A DNA stretch of 64,000 nucleotides, taken from contig JBPOGI010000001.1 of assembly GCA_051251855.1 (NCBI GenBank), positions 1,568,001 to 1,632,000 of the forward strand. Direction: 5' to 3'. Origin of the DNA: Roseibacillus sp. (lineage in GTDB: Bacteria > Verrucomicrobiota > Verrucomicrobiia > Verrucomicrobiales > Akkermansiaceae). Of this stretch, positions 1 to 10,831 are shown in pieces. How positions within the stretch are numbered: the first letter of the stretch is position 1; each line of letters begins with the position of its first letter. A program made the translations under genes and the position numbers. Below the pieces are notes generated by a model. It worked only from the letters and a program-made list of their open reading frames with translations. It made no database searches and was not told the origin of the DNA.

Positions 1-266
1 AAGCGTCAAACTCTCCTTTGACACTCTGAAACTCTCTTTCCGCAGCCCTATCGCCTCCGCGGCCACCACCCTTGCGCTGTGCTGAAGTGGTTGTGAGACT
101 TACCAAGAGGAGAAACGCCGTCGTTTGAAAAACCTTTTTCATATCTCTCACTAAAACCCATCAAGCCACCATAAGTTGCAAAAAACCAAAACAGTTCTCC
201 CTTTCGACATGCGACAAGGAAGCCACTGTCTTTTTTTCCTGTTTCAGTCCAAACTCGCACTCTGCC

Positions 267-1712
267 ATGCGCTTGACCCGCCTCACCCTTATTCTCATCG
301 CCGGGATTCTCACCCTTGGGTTCTTTCGCTTGTGCAGCTACCTCCTCGATGACCTCGAGTTCCAAACCTTTCAGGCCTCAGAGGAAGCCATGGTCGATGC
401 TGCCCATCTTTTTGCCTCCGCAGCAGAAGCCCATCTGACAGACGGAGAGTTTTCACCTGAGCTCATTACCGCATTTACAAACACTTTTAAGAACGCTCAC
501 CGCCGCGACTTCGAAGCCAATATCTTCGTCAAGAAGAAGACCTACGTTTCCATCGACTGCTACCTCACCGACAAAGAAGGAGTCGTCATCTTCGACTCCC
601 TAGAAGAACGTTTGGGGCAAGACCTCTCCGTCTTTCATGACGTCCTCCTGACCAAGCAAGGCAAATACGGAGCCCGCTCCAGCCGTATCAGCGAGAATGA
701 CGCCACCTCTTCCGTGATGTATGTCGGGGCCCCCATTCGTTATGAAGGAGAAATCATTGGCGTCGCCACCGCCTACAAGCCGCAGAAAGAACTCCTCCCC
801 TTCGTCAACAAGCGGCGCGGCCAAATCCTCAAGCCAACCATTGCCATCGCCCTTGCCATTCTCTTTCTCATCTGGTCTGTCCTTTTCTGGCTCTATCGCC
901 CGATTGGACGACTTGCCGAATACGCGCGCCACATCACCGCTGGGGAGCGCCCCAAATTCCCACTCTTAGGAAAAGGCCAAGAGGTCAACTCCCTTGGAAA
1001 GGCCCTCCGCGATATGCGCGAAACTCTCGAAGGTCGTTCCTACGTCGAGAACTACACTCAAACCCTTACTCACGAACTCAAGTCTCCCCTCGCGGCTATC
1101 CGGGGATCGGCCGAACTGTTAGACGAAGAGATGCCTCTGGAAGACCGTAGCCACTTCCTCTCCAATATTCGCAACGAAGTCGATCGCTCGGAACGACTCA
1201 TCAATCGGCTCCTTCACCTATCGACTTTGGAGGGAAAGACCGAACTTCAAAAGCGTGAACCCATTGACCTGAAGACACTGTTAGACGAATCAACGCGACT
1301 TCTCAGTTCCCAAGCCAACCTCAAGAACATCGAACTCAAAGTCATCACCCCTCCCAAGAAGATCGTCTTTGAGGGAGACTACTACATCCTAAGAGCAGCG
1401 CTCGAGAACCTCCTTCAGAACGCCCTCGATTTCAGCCCTGAGAACTCAGCCATCGAAGTCTACCTCGCCACCTTCGGGAAAGAAATCACCCTCTCCGTGC
1501 GCGACCATGGCCCAGGCTTCCCCCACTATGCTTTGGAAAAAGCCTTTGATCGCTTCTACTCCCACCGGCCCGAGAACTCCGGAACCAAGGGCTCCGGACT
1601 CGGCCTTACCTTCGTCAAGGAGGCAGCTCAACTCCACGGCGGCAGCGCCACTATCGAGAACAGCCCTGAGGGGGGAGCGATTGTTTCCATCCGACTCCCC
1701 CTCAACAACTAA
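267..1712 (+). CDS. creC: Two-component sensor histidine kinase, CreC-like
   Basis: Two TM segments, CreC-like periplasmic motif (GKYGARSS...SSVMYVGAPI), HAMP, H-box LTHELKSPL, HATPase boxes (NALDF, DHGPG, GSGLGL). Confidence 0.85.
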   Translation: MRLTRLTLILIAGILTLGFFRLCSYLLDDLEFQTFQASEEAMVDAAHLFASAAEAHLTDGEFSPELITAFTNTFKNAHRRDFEANIFVKKKTYVSIDCYLTDKEGVVIFDSLEERLGQDLSVFHDVLLTKQGKYGARSSRISENDATSSVMYVGAPIRYEGEIIGVATAYKPQKELLPFVNKRRGQILKPTIAIALAILFLIWSVLFWLYRPIGRLAEYARHITAGERPKFPLLGKGQEVNSLGKALRDMRETLEGRSYVENYTQTLTHELKSPLAAIRGSAELLDEEMPLEDRSHFLSNIRNEVDRSERLINRLLHLSTLEGKTELQKREPIDLKTLLDESTRLLSSQANLKNIELKVITPPKKIVFEGDYYILRAALENLLQNALDFSPENSAIEVYLATFGKEITLSVRDHGPGFPHYALEKAFDRFYSHRPENSGTKGSGLGLTFVKEAAQLHGGSATIENSPEGGAIVSIRLPLNN

Positions 1713-1731
1713 CCGAGCATTTGCCCCTGCC

Positions 1732-1788
1732 GGAGTGAAGGCTTCAGCCGTCATAGGATTGCCGCTGGACCACTAAAGTCGCCCCTCC
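1732..1788. repeat. Degenerate GGAG-tagged REP-like doublet between convergent creC and pyrC
   Basis: GGAGTGAAGGCTTCAGCCGTC at 1732-1752 shares GGCTTCAGCCGTC with 51564-51584; weak inverted partner near 1767-1788. Confidence 0.4.
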
Positions 1789-3068
1789 TACCTCTCCAAC
1801 AAAACCTGTTTACCTAAAACGACCACATCAACACTCCCCTTGAGAGTCTGTCCATAGAAGGGCGTATTAACACTCTTCGACTTCATAAACTCCCGCGAGA
1901 AAGTCGTCTCTCCATTGGGGTCAAAGACCAGCACCTCCGCCGCCTTTCCTTCCTCAATAGGCACCGGCTCTAAACTCATCATGCGACGTGGCTCTGCGGA
2001 ATAAGTCTTCACGATCACATTCCAGGACAAACTGCCCTTCGATACAAAGCGGTCGTATAACGAAACCAAAGCCGTCTCCAGACCGTTCAACCCATTGGGC
2101 GCACTCACAAAGTCCTGCGACTTTTCAAACTCGGTATGCGGGGCATGATCGGTCGCAATCAAATCAAAAACACCATCCTTCAATCCCTGCAGAAGAGCCT
2201 CGTTGTCCGAAGCTAAGCGCAGCGGTGGATTCATCTTATAGTTGGTGTCGAAATCCCCAATATCCTCTTCGTTGAATAGCAAATGGTGTGGCGCCACCTC
2301 GCAGGTCACCTTCGCGCCCATTTCTTTCCACCATCGAATGGTCTCCATCCCCAGTCGGGAAGAGACGTGCTGAATGTGCACGTGAGCTCCCGCTGCGTGC
2401 GCGAGTCGAATATCGCGGTCAATAAACAACTCCTCAGCACAAGCCGGCGTGCCGTCGATTCCCAGCTCATAACTCTTCTTCCCCTGATTCATCGCCCGCG
2501 GTCCCGCCAAGGCAGGGTCTTCACAATGGCTGGCAAAGAACATTCCAAACTCCTTGGCATAGCGCATCGCCTGGAGGAGTAGATTGGAATCCGGCACCGC
2601 GTCCCCATCATCGGTCAACATCAGCACCCCCAACTCCCTCATGCCATCAATCGCCGCCAGTTCCTTGCCTTCCCGACCCTTCGTAATACATCCCGAGGTA
2701 TAGACCGGAATCCGAGAGACCGCTTTCGCCTTATCCAAGACCATCTTCACCACCGCCGCCGAATCGATGGCAGGGCTCGTATTTGGCATCATCACGATTC
2801 CGGTAATACCACCGTTAATCGCGGCCTCAGTTCCGGCTGCGATATCTTCCTTGTGGGTCTGGCCTGGCTCGCGAAAATGCACGTGAGTATCAAACATCGT
2901 CGGCATCACCACCTTACCCGAGCAATCAATCACCCGCGCTCCCTCAGGGACAGACAAGCCGACCCCAACCGCTTTTACCACCCCGTCCTCGATCCAGACG
3001 TCCCCCTTCACCAAGGGGCCCTCTTCCGCGGCAATCTCGCCTCCTTGTAAAAACAACGCTTCGCTCAT
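1788..3068 (-). CDS. pyrC: Dihydroorotase (multifunctional-complex type)
   Basis: DTHVHFREPG metal motif, MMPNT, KMNPPLR, ATDHAPH. Confidence 0.92.
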   Translation of the reverse strand: MSEALFLQGGEIAAEEGPLVKGDVWIEDGVVKAVGVGLSVPEGARVIDCSGKVVMPTMFDTHVHFREPGQTHKEDIAAGTEAAINGGITGIVMMPNTSPAIDSAAVVKMVLDKAKAVSRIPVYTSGCITKGREGKELAAIDGMRELGVLMLTDDGDAVPDSNLLLQAMRYAKEFGMFFASHCEDPALAGPRAMNQGKKSYELGIDGTPACAEELFIDRDIRLAHAAGAHVHIQHVSSRLGMETIRWWKEMGAKVTCEVAPHHLLFNEEDIGDFDTNYKMNPPLRLASDNEALLQGLKDGVFDLIATDHAPHTEFEKSQDFVSAPNGLNGLETALVSLYDRFVSKGSLSWNVIVKTYSAEPRRMMSLEPVPIEEGKAAEVLVFDPNGETTFSREFMKSKSVNTPFYGQTLKGSVDVVVLGKQVLLER

Positions 3069-3334
3069 CGGCGGTATTCAAGGCCACATCGCCCTCGCAT
3101 TGAAGCCTCAATGCAAGTCATCCTCACATGTTTTCCATTTGCCAAAAATCCGCCCCACTCGGCAACCATGCCTATGGCGTGAGAGTAGTAGCTAGAACGG
3201 CACAACCAAAGCCGGTCTCACCCATGGTAGAATCAGGATCGCAGTCGCGTCAGTAGATCTCGACCAAGCCACCCACTTTCTGGGCATAGTAAACGAAGGC
3301 CTCACCAACGGGCCATCTACAAAATGACCTTCCC

Positions 3335-4573
3335 CTAGAACGTAAAGAGCGTCCCTAACTGCCTCTTCAATGCTTCGTAGCCATAATGCTTCTTCCCGAG
3401 TTCGTAATTAGTATGAGTCATTTCTCGGCGATAGTTCTCATCGGCCAAAAGCAGCTGAGTGCGCTTAACCACCTCTTGAGTGACATAACCACTCATGGCC
3501 ACGGTCTCAAAACCCTTCGGTTCGATATCCTGCACAAAGATCGAATAGCGATTTACCACCACCGGCTTTCGGAAGTAAAAGGTCTCAATCAACGCATTTC
3601 CAAAACCTTCGTAGAGACTAGGATACGTTACTAAGTCCGCATGAGGGTAAAGGTCCCACAAAGTGTAGACTTTACGACCCTTCTTATCCCGCTGGCGCTG
3701 CTCACCGATACGATCGCCCACGAGCAATAACTCCACCCCCTCATCTTTGGCCAAACGTTGGAGCATTTCCAAATACTCGAACCCCTCGTCACCAGCCTCG
3801 TGAGAAATCACCAGCTTACATCGAGGATCCTCCAATCGAGCCACCAACTGAATCGCCATCTCAATACCCTTCCTCGGAACAATGCGCGTAGGCTGAAGGA
3901 TAAAAACATCATCCTCAGCTAGTCCCAGTTCTTCCCTGACATCCGCCGAATAATCGTCGATTCCTGGCGGCTCTTTTTCAAATTGGAACACATTAGGCAC
4001 CAAAATCGAGCTCACCCCTTTGCGCCGTGCTAGTTGGTCCCCCGCCTGCCGATTGATTACGCCATGTCGTAAGTTCGGCAAGCGCGGCGGAAACGACATA
4101 TCTAAAAAGTCAGGGACTGCGTTCATCGAGAACCGATCCCTCTCCCAGTAAAAATCATGATGATGCGCCACCGCCTTCATGTTCGTCTCGGCCAAGAATT
4201 CTGTGATCGCCACCCCCAGAGGCAAGTGAACTGGAATCGTAAGCGCGTTTTCGGGCACCAAGACATCGATTTGAAATCGATTCACAAAACGCCGCAGCAT
4301 TTCCTTTAAATAGCCCGCCACATCTTGAATCCGCTCAGTCACCGTCGGATCACGCTGAGTGCAGCCCCACATCCGCTTCGCAAGCCACTGATTCTCTGGA
4401 TGTCCAAAGAAAGCCTCCGGTACGCACATCGAAACCTCTCCGGGGCGATCACTGAGACCGCTAAACCAAAAAACCTCGTGCCCCATCTCCTCGAGGACTT
4501 CCGCCCACTTCAGAGCCTCTAATGACACCCCGTCAGTGCCCGCAAACCGTGTTGAAACAAATCCCAATCTCAT
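3335..4573 (-). CDS. GT4-family glycosyltransferase, mannosylglucosylglycerate synthase-like
   Basis: RFAGTDGVSLE, HHHDFYWER, QPTRIVPRKGIE, YPSLYEGFGNA; start placed at ATG of MRLGFV; gpgS nearby. Confidence 0.8.
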   Translation of the reverse strand: MRLGFVSTRFAGTDGVSLEALKWAEVLEEMGHEVFWFSGLSDRPGEVSMCVPEAFFGHPENQWLAKRMWGCTQRDPTVTERIQDVAGYLKEMLRRFVNRFQIDVLVPENALTIPVHLPLGVAITEFLAETNMKAVAHHHDFYWERDRFSMNAVPDFLDMSFPPRLPNLRHGVINRQAGDQLARRKGVSSILVPNVFQFEKEPPGIDDYSADVREELGLAEDDVFILQPTRIVPRKGIEMAIQLVARLEDPRCKLVISHEAGDEGFEYLEMLQRLAKDEGVELLLVGDRIGEQRQRDKKGRKVYTLWDLYPHADLVTYPSLYEGFGNALIETFYFRKPVVVNRYSIFVQDIEPKGFETVAMSGYVTQEVVKRTQLLLADENYRREMTHTNYELGKKHYGYEALKRQLGTLFTF

Positions 4574-4731
4574 CTTCTTACAGAAACGGCACGCATCATG
4601 CGTTCCACTTTTCAAAAAACCAATTCATACAACCTCTTCAACCTCAAAACCCCGCTAGTCTCAACCCTTTCTCACGGAAATAACTTTTCGCAGGCAACAT
4701 AAAAGCCGACTCTAAACTCATCCAACGACCC

Positions 4732-5880
4732 ATGCCGACACCCACCGAACTTCGCGACCAACTTCAAGCTCATCAAGAACTCATTCTCGCCAACGCTCTC
4801 ATGTTGGGCGAATTCCCTTCTCCTTCCGGCGGAGAAAAGGACCGCATCAACTTTCTTGCCGAGCGCCTTTCGTCCCTTCAAGACGTCTCCATCGACGAGC
4901 AAGGCAACCTACAGGCAATTATTCCTGGCAAGAATCCGGAGTTCAACGTTCTCATCGCCGCTCACGCCGACACCTTACTCACTCAAAAGCCGGAACAGCG
5001 CAACACCATCAATGTCGGCCCCGAAGGCATCACCGGCCCCGGCATGGCCGACAATACCGTTGGTCTTGCTGCCTTAGCTGCTATTCCTGACCTTCTGGAG
5101 CGGCTCGGAATCCAACCGGAAGCCAACATCATTCTCCTCGCCCACACCAAGTCGCAAAACAGCCACGACCTCGCCGGACTTCGCTTCTTCCTCGAAAACT
5201 TTAAGCGCCCCATCCACGCCGGCCTGGTCCTCGAAGGCATCACTCTAGGTCGCCTCAACCACAGCTGTCTCGGTATGGTGCAGGCCGACGTCATCTGTCG
5301 TGTTCATCAGGAGCCCGGCACCCGCTGGGAAGCCGCCGAGAACTCCATGATCATCATGCACCGCATCATTCGGCGCATCCTAGAAATCCCCATTCCCCAA
5401 GAGCCGCGCACCTCCGTTATCCTCGGCTCCCTGCGCGCAGGAAAGACCTTCAACCGTCCTCCTGAGCTCGCCCGCCTCAAGCTCGAGATTCGTTCCGAGG
5501 AACCCGGCAAGGCGCGAGAAATCCGCCACCAAATCGCCGATATCCTCGACGAAATCTCTTCCGAGACCGCCTCCGACTGCTCGATCACCTTCCCCGCCCT
5601 TCGAAAACCCGGTGGCATCCCCTTCAACCATCCCCTTGTCGCTGCTGCTCGCGAAGTCCAAGAGCAGCTCGGCGTCAAAACTACCACCGGACCCAGCTAC
5701 TCCGACCTATCCATCCTCATCGAGCACAACATTCCCGCCCTCACCCTCGGCCTCACCACCGCCACCAACCTCAACGAAGCCGACGAAACCGTCGCCCTCG
5801 CCCCCCTCTTCACTGGCCTGGCACAAGTCTTTGGCATCATCCAAAAAATTGACACCCTCGAACCCGTCCTCACCGTTTAG
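4732..5880 (+). CDS. M20/M25/M40 peptidase-fold protein, probably catalytically altered
   Basis: AHADT and GMADN motifs plus dimerisation domain; expected EE and C-terminal His not evident. Confidence 0.7.
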   Translation: MPTPTELRDQLQAHQELILANALMLGEFPSPSGGEKDRINFLAERLSSLQDVSIDEQGNLQAIIPGKNPEFNVLIAAHADTLLTQKPEQRNTINVGPEGITGPGMADNTVGLAALAAIPDLLERLGIQPEANIILLAHTKSQNSHDLAGLRFFLENFKRPIHAGLVLEGITLGRLNHSCLGMVQADVICRVHQEPGTRWEAAENSMIIMHRIIRRILEIPIPQEPRTSVILGSLRAGKTFNRPPELARLKLEIRSEEPGKAREIRHQIADILDEISSETASDCSITFPALRKPGGIPFNHPLVAAAREVQEQLGVKTTTGPSYSDLSILIEHNIPALTLGLTTATNLNEADETVALAPLFTGLAQVFGIIQKIDTLEPVLTV

Positions 5881-5913
5881 CTGACAGCTTGCTTCAATCA
5901 GCTTCATCAAGTC

Positions 5914-6186
5914 ATGGCCACCATTGTCAAACTTCGAGACTCTCATCACCACGCTATTCTATTAGGGACGGGCTACGGCATGTATCACTCTTCACGCGGC
6001 TCAGCGCTTTTTGGCGATTGGGCCCCTTCCGTAAAGGAGGGTGAATCACATCTTGCCTGTGTCGCGGCAGCCGACGGCACGATCCTTTGGTGGCCCACCC
6101 AAGACTTCGAAGTCATTTCAATCGACGAACAAACTCCTGCCGAAATACTCGCTCCCTTTCTCAACAAAACTCCTTCCAACTCATAA
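5914..6186 (+). CDS. Small hypothetical protein
   Basis: 90-aa ATG ORF filling the gap between two co-oriented genes. Confidence 0.65.
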   Translation: MATIVKLRDSHHHAILLGTGYGMYHSSRGSALFGDWAPSVKEGESHLACVAAADGTILWWPTQDFEVISIDEQTPAEILAPFLNKTPSNS

Positions 6187-6210
6187 CCCTTCACAAGTAA
6201 CACTTCTTCC

Positions 6211-7185
6211 ATGTCCTGGCTCAAATCCAATACCTACCACCACTCTGACTTTGCTGACCTCGAAGCTCTTTGCAAAAAGAAGAAAGAAAGCGGCCTCAAA
6301 ATCTCTCTCTGCATCCCCACGCTCAACGAGGAAGCCACTATCGGCAAGGTGGTTGTCATTCTCAAGAGTGAGCTCATGGATCGCTTCCCTCTCATCGACG
6401 AAATTGCCGTCATCGACTCCGGTTCCACCGACAAAACCGGTGAAGTGGCCAAGTCCTTTGGCGCCGAATTCTACTACTCAGGCGACATCATGTCCTCCAC
6501 TGGATTCAAACGTGGCAAAGGCGAAAATCTCTGGAAAGCCATTCACCAACTCAAAGGCGACATCATTGCCTACGTCGACGCCGACATCGCCAACATTCAC
6601 CCGCGCTTCGTCTACGGCCTCATTGGCCCACTGTTAGAAAAACCTGAGGTCAGCTACGTCAAAGCCTTCTACGAACGTCCTCTCGCCTTCTCACAAGGCA
6701 TTCGACCCACCGGCGGCGGCCGAGTCACAGAAATCCTCGTACGCCCTCTTTTCAGCCTCTTCTACCCAGAGCTCACCCAACTTTTCCAACCTCTCTCTGG
6801 CGAGTATGCCGTCCGACGCGAGACCCTCGAAAAAATCCCATTCCCCATCGGCTACGGGGTCGAAACCTCACACCTCCTCGACGTCTACAAAGACGACGGC
6901 ATGAAAGCCTTCGCCCAAGTCGACCTCGACCAGCGTGTTCACCGCAACCAAGACACCAATGCCCTCGGCAAAATGTCTTTCGGCATCCTCCAAAGCTTCT
7001 TGGGGCGCCTCAAAGACCACGGCAAAGTCACCGACCTCACCGAACTCTCTTCCGTCTACCGCTCACTTCAAGCCACCGGCACCGAGTATGAGCAAATCGA
7101 GAAAGAGATCCTCGAGGAAGAACGTCCTCCCATCAACACCATCCCCGAATACCTGGAAAAATTCCCGGGTGCGACCAAAGGATAA
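6211..7185 (+). CDS. gpgS: Glucosyl-3-phosphoglycerate synthase
   Basis: CIPTLNEEATI, DSGSTD, GKGENLW, YVDAD, GGGRVTE, QPLSGEYA, GYGVE. Confidence 0.9.
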   Translation: MSWLKSNTYHHSDFADLEALCKKKKESGLKISLCIPTLNEEATIGKVVVILKSELMDRFPLIDEIAVIDSGSTDKTGEVAKSFGAEFYYSGDIMSSTGFKRGKGENLWKAIHQLKGDIIAYVDADIANIHPRFVYGLIGPLLEKPEVSYVKAFYERPLAFSQGIRPTGGGRVTEILVRPLFSLFYPELTQLFQPLSGEYAVRRETLEKIPFPIGYGVETSHLLDVYKDDGMKAFAQVDLDQRVHRNQDTNALGKMSFGILQSFLGRLKDHGKVTDLTELSSVYRSLQATGTEYEQIEKEILEEERPPINTIPEYLEKFPGATKG

Positions 7186-7197
7186 TTTGCAGTTAGG

Positions 7198-8721
7198 CTA
7201 CCACACAAAAGTCGCCATACTGTGGCCAGGGATTTCGTAGCCGAACCCCTGCTCACCATCAGCAACGCGGAAGCTACGCCCGTCGCCATTACGATTGAAC
7301 ACCACAAGCGACGCTCGATCTTTAGGTAGCAAGAACGCAATCGTATCAAGTCCTCCACTACCCGAACCACTGGCGGATACTCCGACTCGTTGCGCTCCTG
7401 GCAAAGCGGCCCTCGAGAGCTGCGCCATCGCAAAAAACTCTCTTTCATAAGCGATGTCCTTCTTCTCGGTATTGTAGGTTAAGAGACCATATCCTCGTGA
7501 ATCATCTCGCGGGCTCGGCCCCCAATTTTGATCCAAAACTAAGTTCCACTGCAACGCCGCTGCACTCCCCTCCAATTGCGGCCGAAGCCAGACGTGCGCC
7601 ATTCCCCACTCAATATCACTCCACCAGTCACCACGAACATCTCCCCATGCCGTGGCCTCCGTCGTTAAGATCATCTTCTTAGGGAGTTTCTCATTGAGTG
7701 CCCGATAGACCCTTTCCATCTCAGTCGCGTCACCCGAATAACAATGCCACGCACTCCCTGCAATCGCATCTTTAACGGTCGGGTCCGCAAAAATCTCAAG
7801 GACGCTTTCAAGCGGATCCTTTTTCACATCGCCTCCCATCACTCGATAGTCATTGGCATGCAGAGTCCAATTATGGTCATGCACGAAAAGCTGGGTCTTG
7901 AACCCTTCCGTTTCCAACCTCGGTGCGAGGAACTTTACCAATTGGATTTGGTCAGCGGCATCCATTCTCATACACGGATATTCCGAAAGGTCATTCTGAG
8001 GTTCGTTCTGCAGCGTGAGCCCGTAAATCTCAATTCCCTCAGCCTGGTAGCTTTGCAGGAACTTGATAAAGTAGTCAGCATAGGCCGAAAAAGAATCCCG
8101 TTTCAGGCGCGCAAAAACCCCAGCCTCCTTCTCCTCTTCACTCACCCCTCCAAGGCTTCCGTTTTCCTTCATCCATGCCGGCGCACTCCATGGCGTGCCA
8201 ATGAGGCGCAAGTCGGGCGCAATCTCCAAAATATCTTTCAGAACAGGAATGACTGCCGCTTGATCGCGGGCAATCGAAAAGCCTTCTAAGTCTGGCGAAG
8301 GCTCATCGCAATACGTCCAATAGTCCTCAGTCGCGACATAATCAGAAGCACCAACCGCCAAACGTAAAACCCGAAATCCCGCCCCCTTCTCAATCGAGAA
8401 CAAGCGCTCAAGCACGGCGCGATACCGAGCCTCGTCGTCCGAGCGCAGATTCAACAAGAGAACAGCCGCGCTATCGGTCAAAGCAGCCCCATAGCCCAAC
8501 ATCAACTGAAACACCTGCGAGCGATCAATCGAGATGATCGCGCCATCCCCGGCCCCCTTGCTATCTAGTTCCAAAGAACTCTGCTGAGCCAACCGAGCGT
8601 CGTCTGTATCGATGGTTGATAACAACACCTCGACTTCGGCACTGAGTGCGAGCGTCGAACCGACGAAGACGAAAGCAAGATACGTCTGAGCTAATTTTCT
8701 AATCATCAGGAAAGTGACCAT
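7198..8721 (-). CDS. Secreted glycoside hydrolase family 30
   Basis: Signal peptide; GYGAALTDS, TPWSAPAWMK, TLQNEP (acid/base), DHNW, AWHCY, TTEA. Confidence 0.85.
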   Translation of the reverse strand: MVTFLMIRKLAQTYLAFVFVGSTLALSAEVEVLLSTIDTDDARLAQQSSLELDSKGAGDGAIISIDRSQVFQLMLGYGAALTDSAAVLLLNLRSDDEARYRAVLERLFSIEKGAGFRVLRLAVGASDYVATEDYWTYCDEPSPDLEGFSIARDQAAVIPVLKDILEIAPDLRLIGTPWSAPAWMKENGSLGGVSEEEKEAGVFARLKRDSFSAYADYFIKFLQSYQAEGIEIYGLTLQNEPQNDLSEYPCMRMDAADQIQLVKFLAPRLETEGFKTQLFVHDHNWTLHANDYRVMGGDVKKDPLESVLEIFADPTVKDAIAGSAWHCYSGDATEMERVYRALNEKLPKKMILTTEATAWGDVRGDWWSDIEWGMAHVWLRPQLEGSAAALQWNLVLDQNWGPSPRDDSRGYGLLTYNTEKKDIAYEREFFAMAQLSRAALPGAQRVGVSASGSGSGGLDTIAFLLPKDRASLVVFNRNGDGRSFRVADGEQGFGYEIPGHSMATFVW

Positions 8722-8805
8722 ACCTTGCCCCTTCCAGAGTCTCTGCCAAAATACAAATCTCAGAAAAGAATCATTGCCGACGCCTTCCCACGATAGGCAG
8801 TCACC

Positions 8806-8867
8806 GGAGGGGCGGCCTTTATTGCCGCCCTTTTTGCCACTCCGGCGGCAGTAAATGCCGCCGCTCC
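8806..8867. repeat. REP-like inverted doublet
   Basis: GGAGGGGCGGCCTTTATTGCCGCC (8806-8829) and near-complement GGCGGCAGTAAATGCCGCCGCTCC (8844-8867). Confidence 0.7.
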
Positions 8868-8876
8868 ATTTCTTTG

Positions 8877-10622
8877 CTAATCTCTCTTCTTGCGGAAGTT
8901 CTTCTTACCACCCGTCCCGCCGTTAATCCCTCCAGGGGCACCAGGATTCTTATCGAAGTCCAAGCGAAACGGCTTCCCTTTCAGCTTCGCATCCTTCGCC
9001 ACCGCAATGGCATCATCGGCGACATCGCTTTGCACTTCCACGAGACAATGCTTGGGGAACATGTGAATACGACCCACAGCTCCGCGCGGAAGGTTCGCCT
9101 CATTGTAGAGGAGACCCGCAATATCCTTGGGCTGCAGGTGCATGGCCTTACCCATATTCAAGAAGAGTCGGGTCATCCCTTGCTCAGCTTCTCCACTATC
9201 ATCGCGGCTGCGACGAGGTCCACGCTCATTGCGCTCGCGACGATCACCACCCATCTCACCACCGCGATCACGGGGTTCGCGCTCGCGGCGACGGCCGGGG
9301 CGGTCCTCATCAATCTCCTGACCTTCGCGATTTTCTTTCTCGGACAGCATATTGAACAATACCGAAGCGATGTCCGTTCCCGTATGTCCTTGGTCTAGGA
9401 GACGGTCGATCTGCTCGGAGTAATCTTTCCATTCTCCCGCCTCTAACTTTTCACGCACACTTTCAAAGAGCTGGTCAGCAAGTTTCCCCCCGACTTCTTC
9501 CAAGGAAGGAATCCGAGCCCGCGGAATACTCTGCTTAATGTAGCGCTCCACATTCTGGAGCCTGTAAATATCACGCCCATAAACAAACGTCACCGCACGC
9601 CCCTTGCGCCCCGCTCGGCCAGTCCGACCAATACGGTGAACATAATCCTCAGGGTCTTGCGGTAAATCATAGTTCGCCACCAGGTCAATTTCATCGATAT
9701 CGATGCCGCGAGCTGCCACATCCGTCGCCACCAAAATCTCCACAGTGCTCTTACGGAAGCGCGCCAAAGTCCGTTCGCGCTGGTCTTGCGAAATATCACC
9801 ATGAAGGCGATCCGCTGAATAACCCCGCGCATTCAAAGTTTCACAAACTTCATCCACCACTCGGCGCGTGTTACAAAAGACAATCGCCAAACGCGGCTCA
9901 TCCATATCGAGAATCCGCGAAAGCACTTCCACCCGAGAGCGGTTGCGCACTTCATAGGAAACCTGTTCAATCGCCTCTACCGTCAGCGTCTTGCGCTCAA
10001 TCTCGATGGTGCGGGGATTATTGCCGAACTTCCGAATGAGTCCACCAACGCCCTTGTTCATGGTCGCAGAGAAAAACAAGGTTTGGTGCTCATCCGGCAT
10101 CACCGAGAGCAATTCCTCCATTTCCTCGCGGAAACCCATGTCCAACATCCGGTCCGCCTCATCGAGAACAACCGTCTTAATCTTCTTCGGATCAAAAGTG
10201 CCCCGACGCAAATGATCCTGCAGTCGACCAGGCGTTCCTACAATGACATGAACACCCTTCCGCAACTGACGCAACTGGCGGTCAATAGGAGCTCCTCCGT
10301 AAACCGGAATCGCCCGAAAGCCTTTCAAATATTTCCCCAAGACATGAATCTCCTCACAAACCTGATTCGCCAGCTCACGGGTCGGACAAACCACTAGGAC
10401 CTGAGGCGAAGCATCGTCCAAATCAATATTAGAAAGGAAAGGCAAGCCAAAGGCTGCGGTCTTGCCCGAGCCTGTCTGTGACAGTCCAATAATGTCCTCA
10501 CCCGACATCGCTGCCGGAATGGCCGCCGCCTGAATAGCTGACGGATTCTCAAAACCCAGCTCTTTCACCGCCCGCAGAAGCTCTTCCGGCAGGCCCAACT
10601 CATCAAAACTCAATTCACTCAT
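8877..10622 (-). CDS. deaD: DEAD-box RNA helicase with DbpA-type RNA-binding domain (DeaD/CsdA-like)
   Basis: Q motif, [31 protein letters not shown]-terminal RBD; start at MSELSF. Confidence 0.88.
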   Translation of the reverse strand: MSELSFDELGLPEELLRAVKELGFENPSAIQAAAIPAAMSGEDIIGLSQTGSGKTAAFGLPFLSNIDLDDASPQVLVVCPTRELANQVCEEIHVLGKYLKGFRAIPVYGGAPIDRQLRQLRKGVHVIVGTPGRLQDHLRRGTFDPKKIKTVVLDEADRMLDMGFREEMEELLSVMPDEHQTLFFSATMNKGVGGLIRKFGNNPRTIEIERKTLTVEAIEQVSYEVRNRSRVEVLSRILDMDEPRLAIVFCNTRRVVDEVCETLNARGYSADRLHGDISQDQRERTLARFRKSTVEILVATDVAARGIDIDEIDLVANYDLPQDPEDYVHRIGRTGRAGRKGRAVTFVYGRDIYRLQNVERYIKQSIPRARIPSLEEVGGKLADQLFESVREKLEAGEWKDYSEQIDRLLDQGHTGTDIASVLFNMLSEKENREGQEIDEDRPGRRREREPRDRGGEMGGDRRERNERGPRRSRDDSGEAEQGMTRLFLNMGKAMHLQPKDIAGLLYNEANLPRGAVGRIHMFPKHCLVEVQSDVADDAIAVAKDAKLKGKPFRLDFDKNPGAPGGINGGTGGKKNFRKKRD

Positions 10623-10831
10623 GGTCAATAACCCACGATGACTTGACGGTTCATAAATGCTCTTCAATGAGAGCGTTCAAGACGCTGCGGGGGCGAGGGC
10701 CTTAGCAGGGGGAATTCAGAAAAGAAATAGAAATCGAGATTATTAGTAAATACGTCACGATTTTGTCACCTTTTTTGCTTTCTAACTTGGCCCGAAGCCT
10801 GCTGACTTTATTTTGTCCCAATTATCAAATC

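Noticed and set aside
48..365. 105-aa minus-strand ORF upstream of creC, or a creB partner
   Set aside because: Overlaps creC and has no receiver-domain motifs; a response regulator may lie outside the window.
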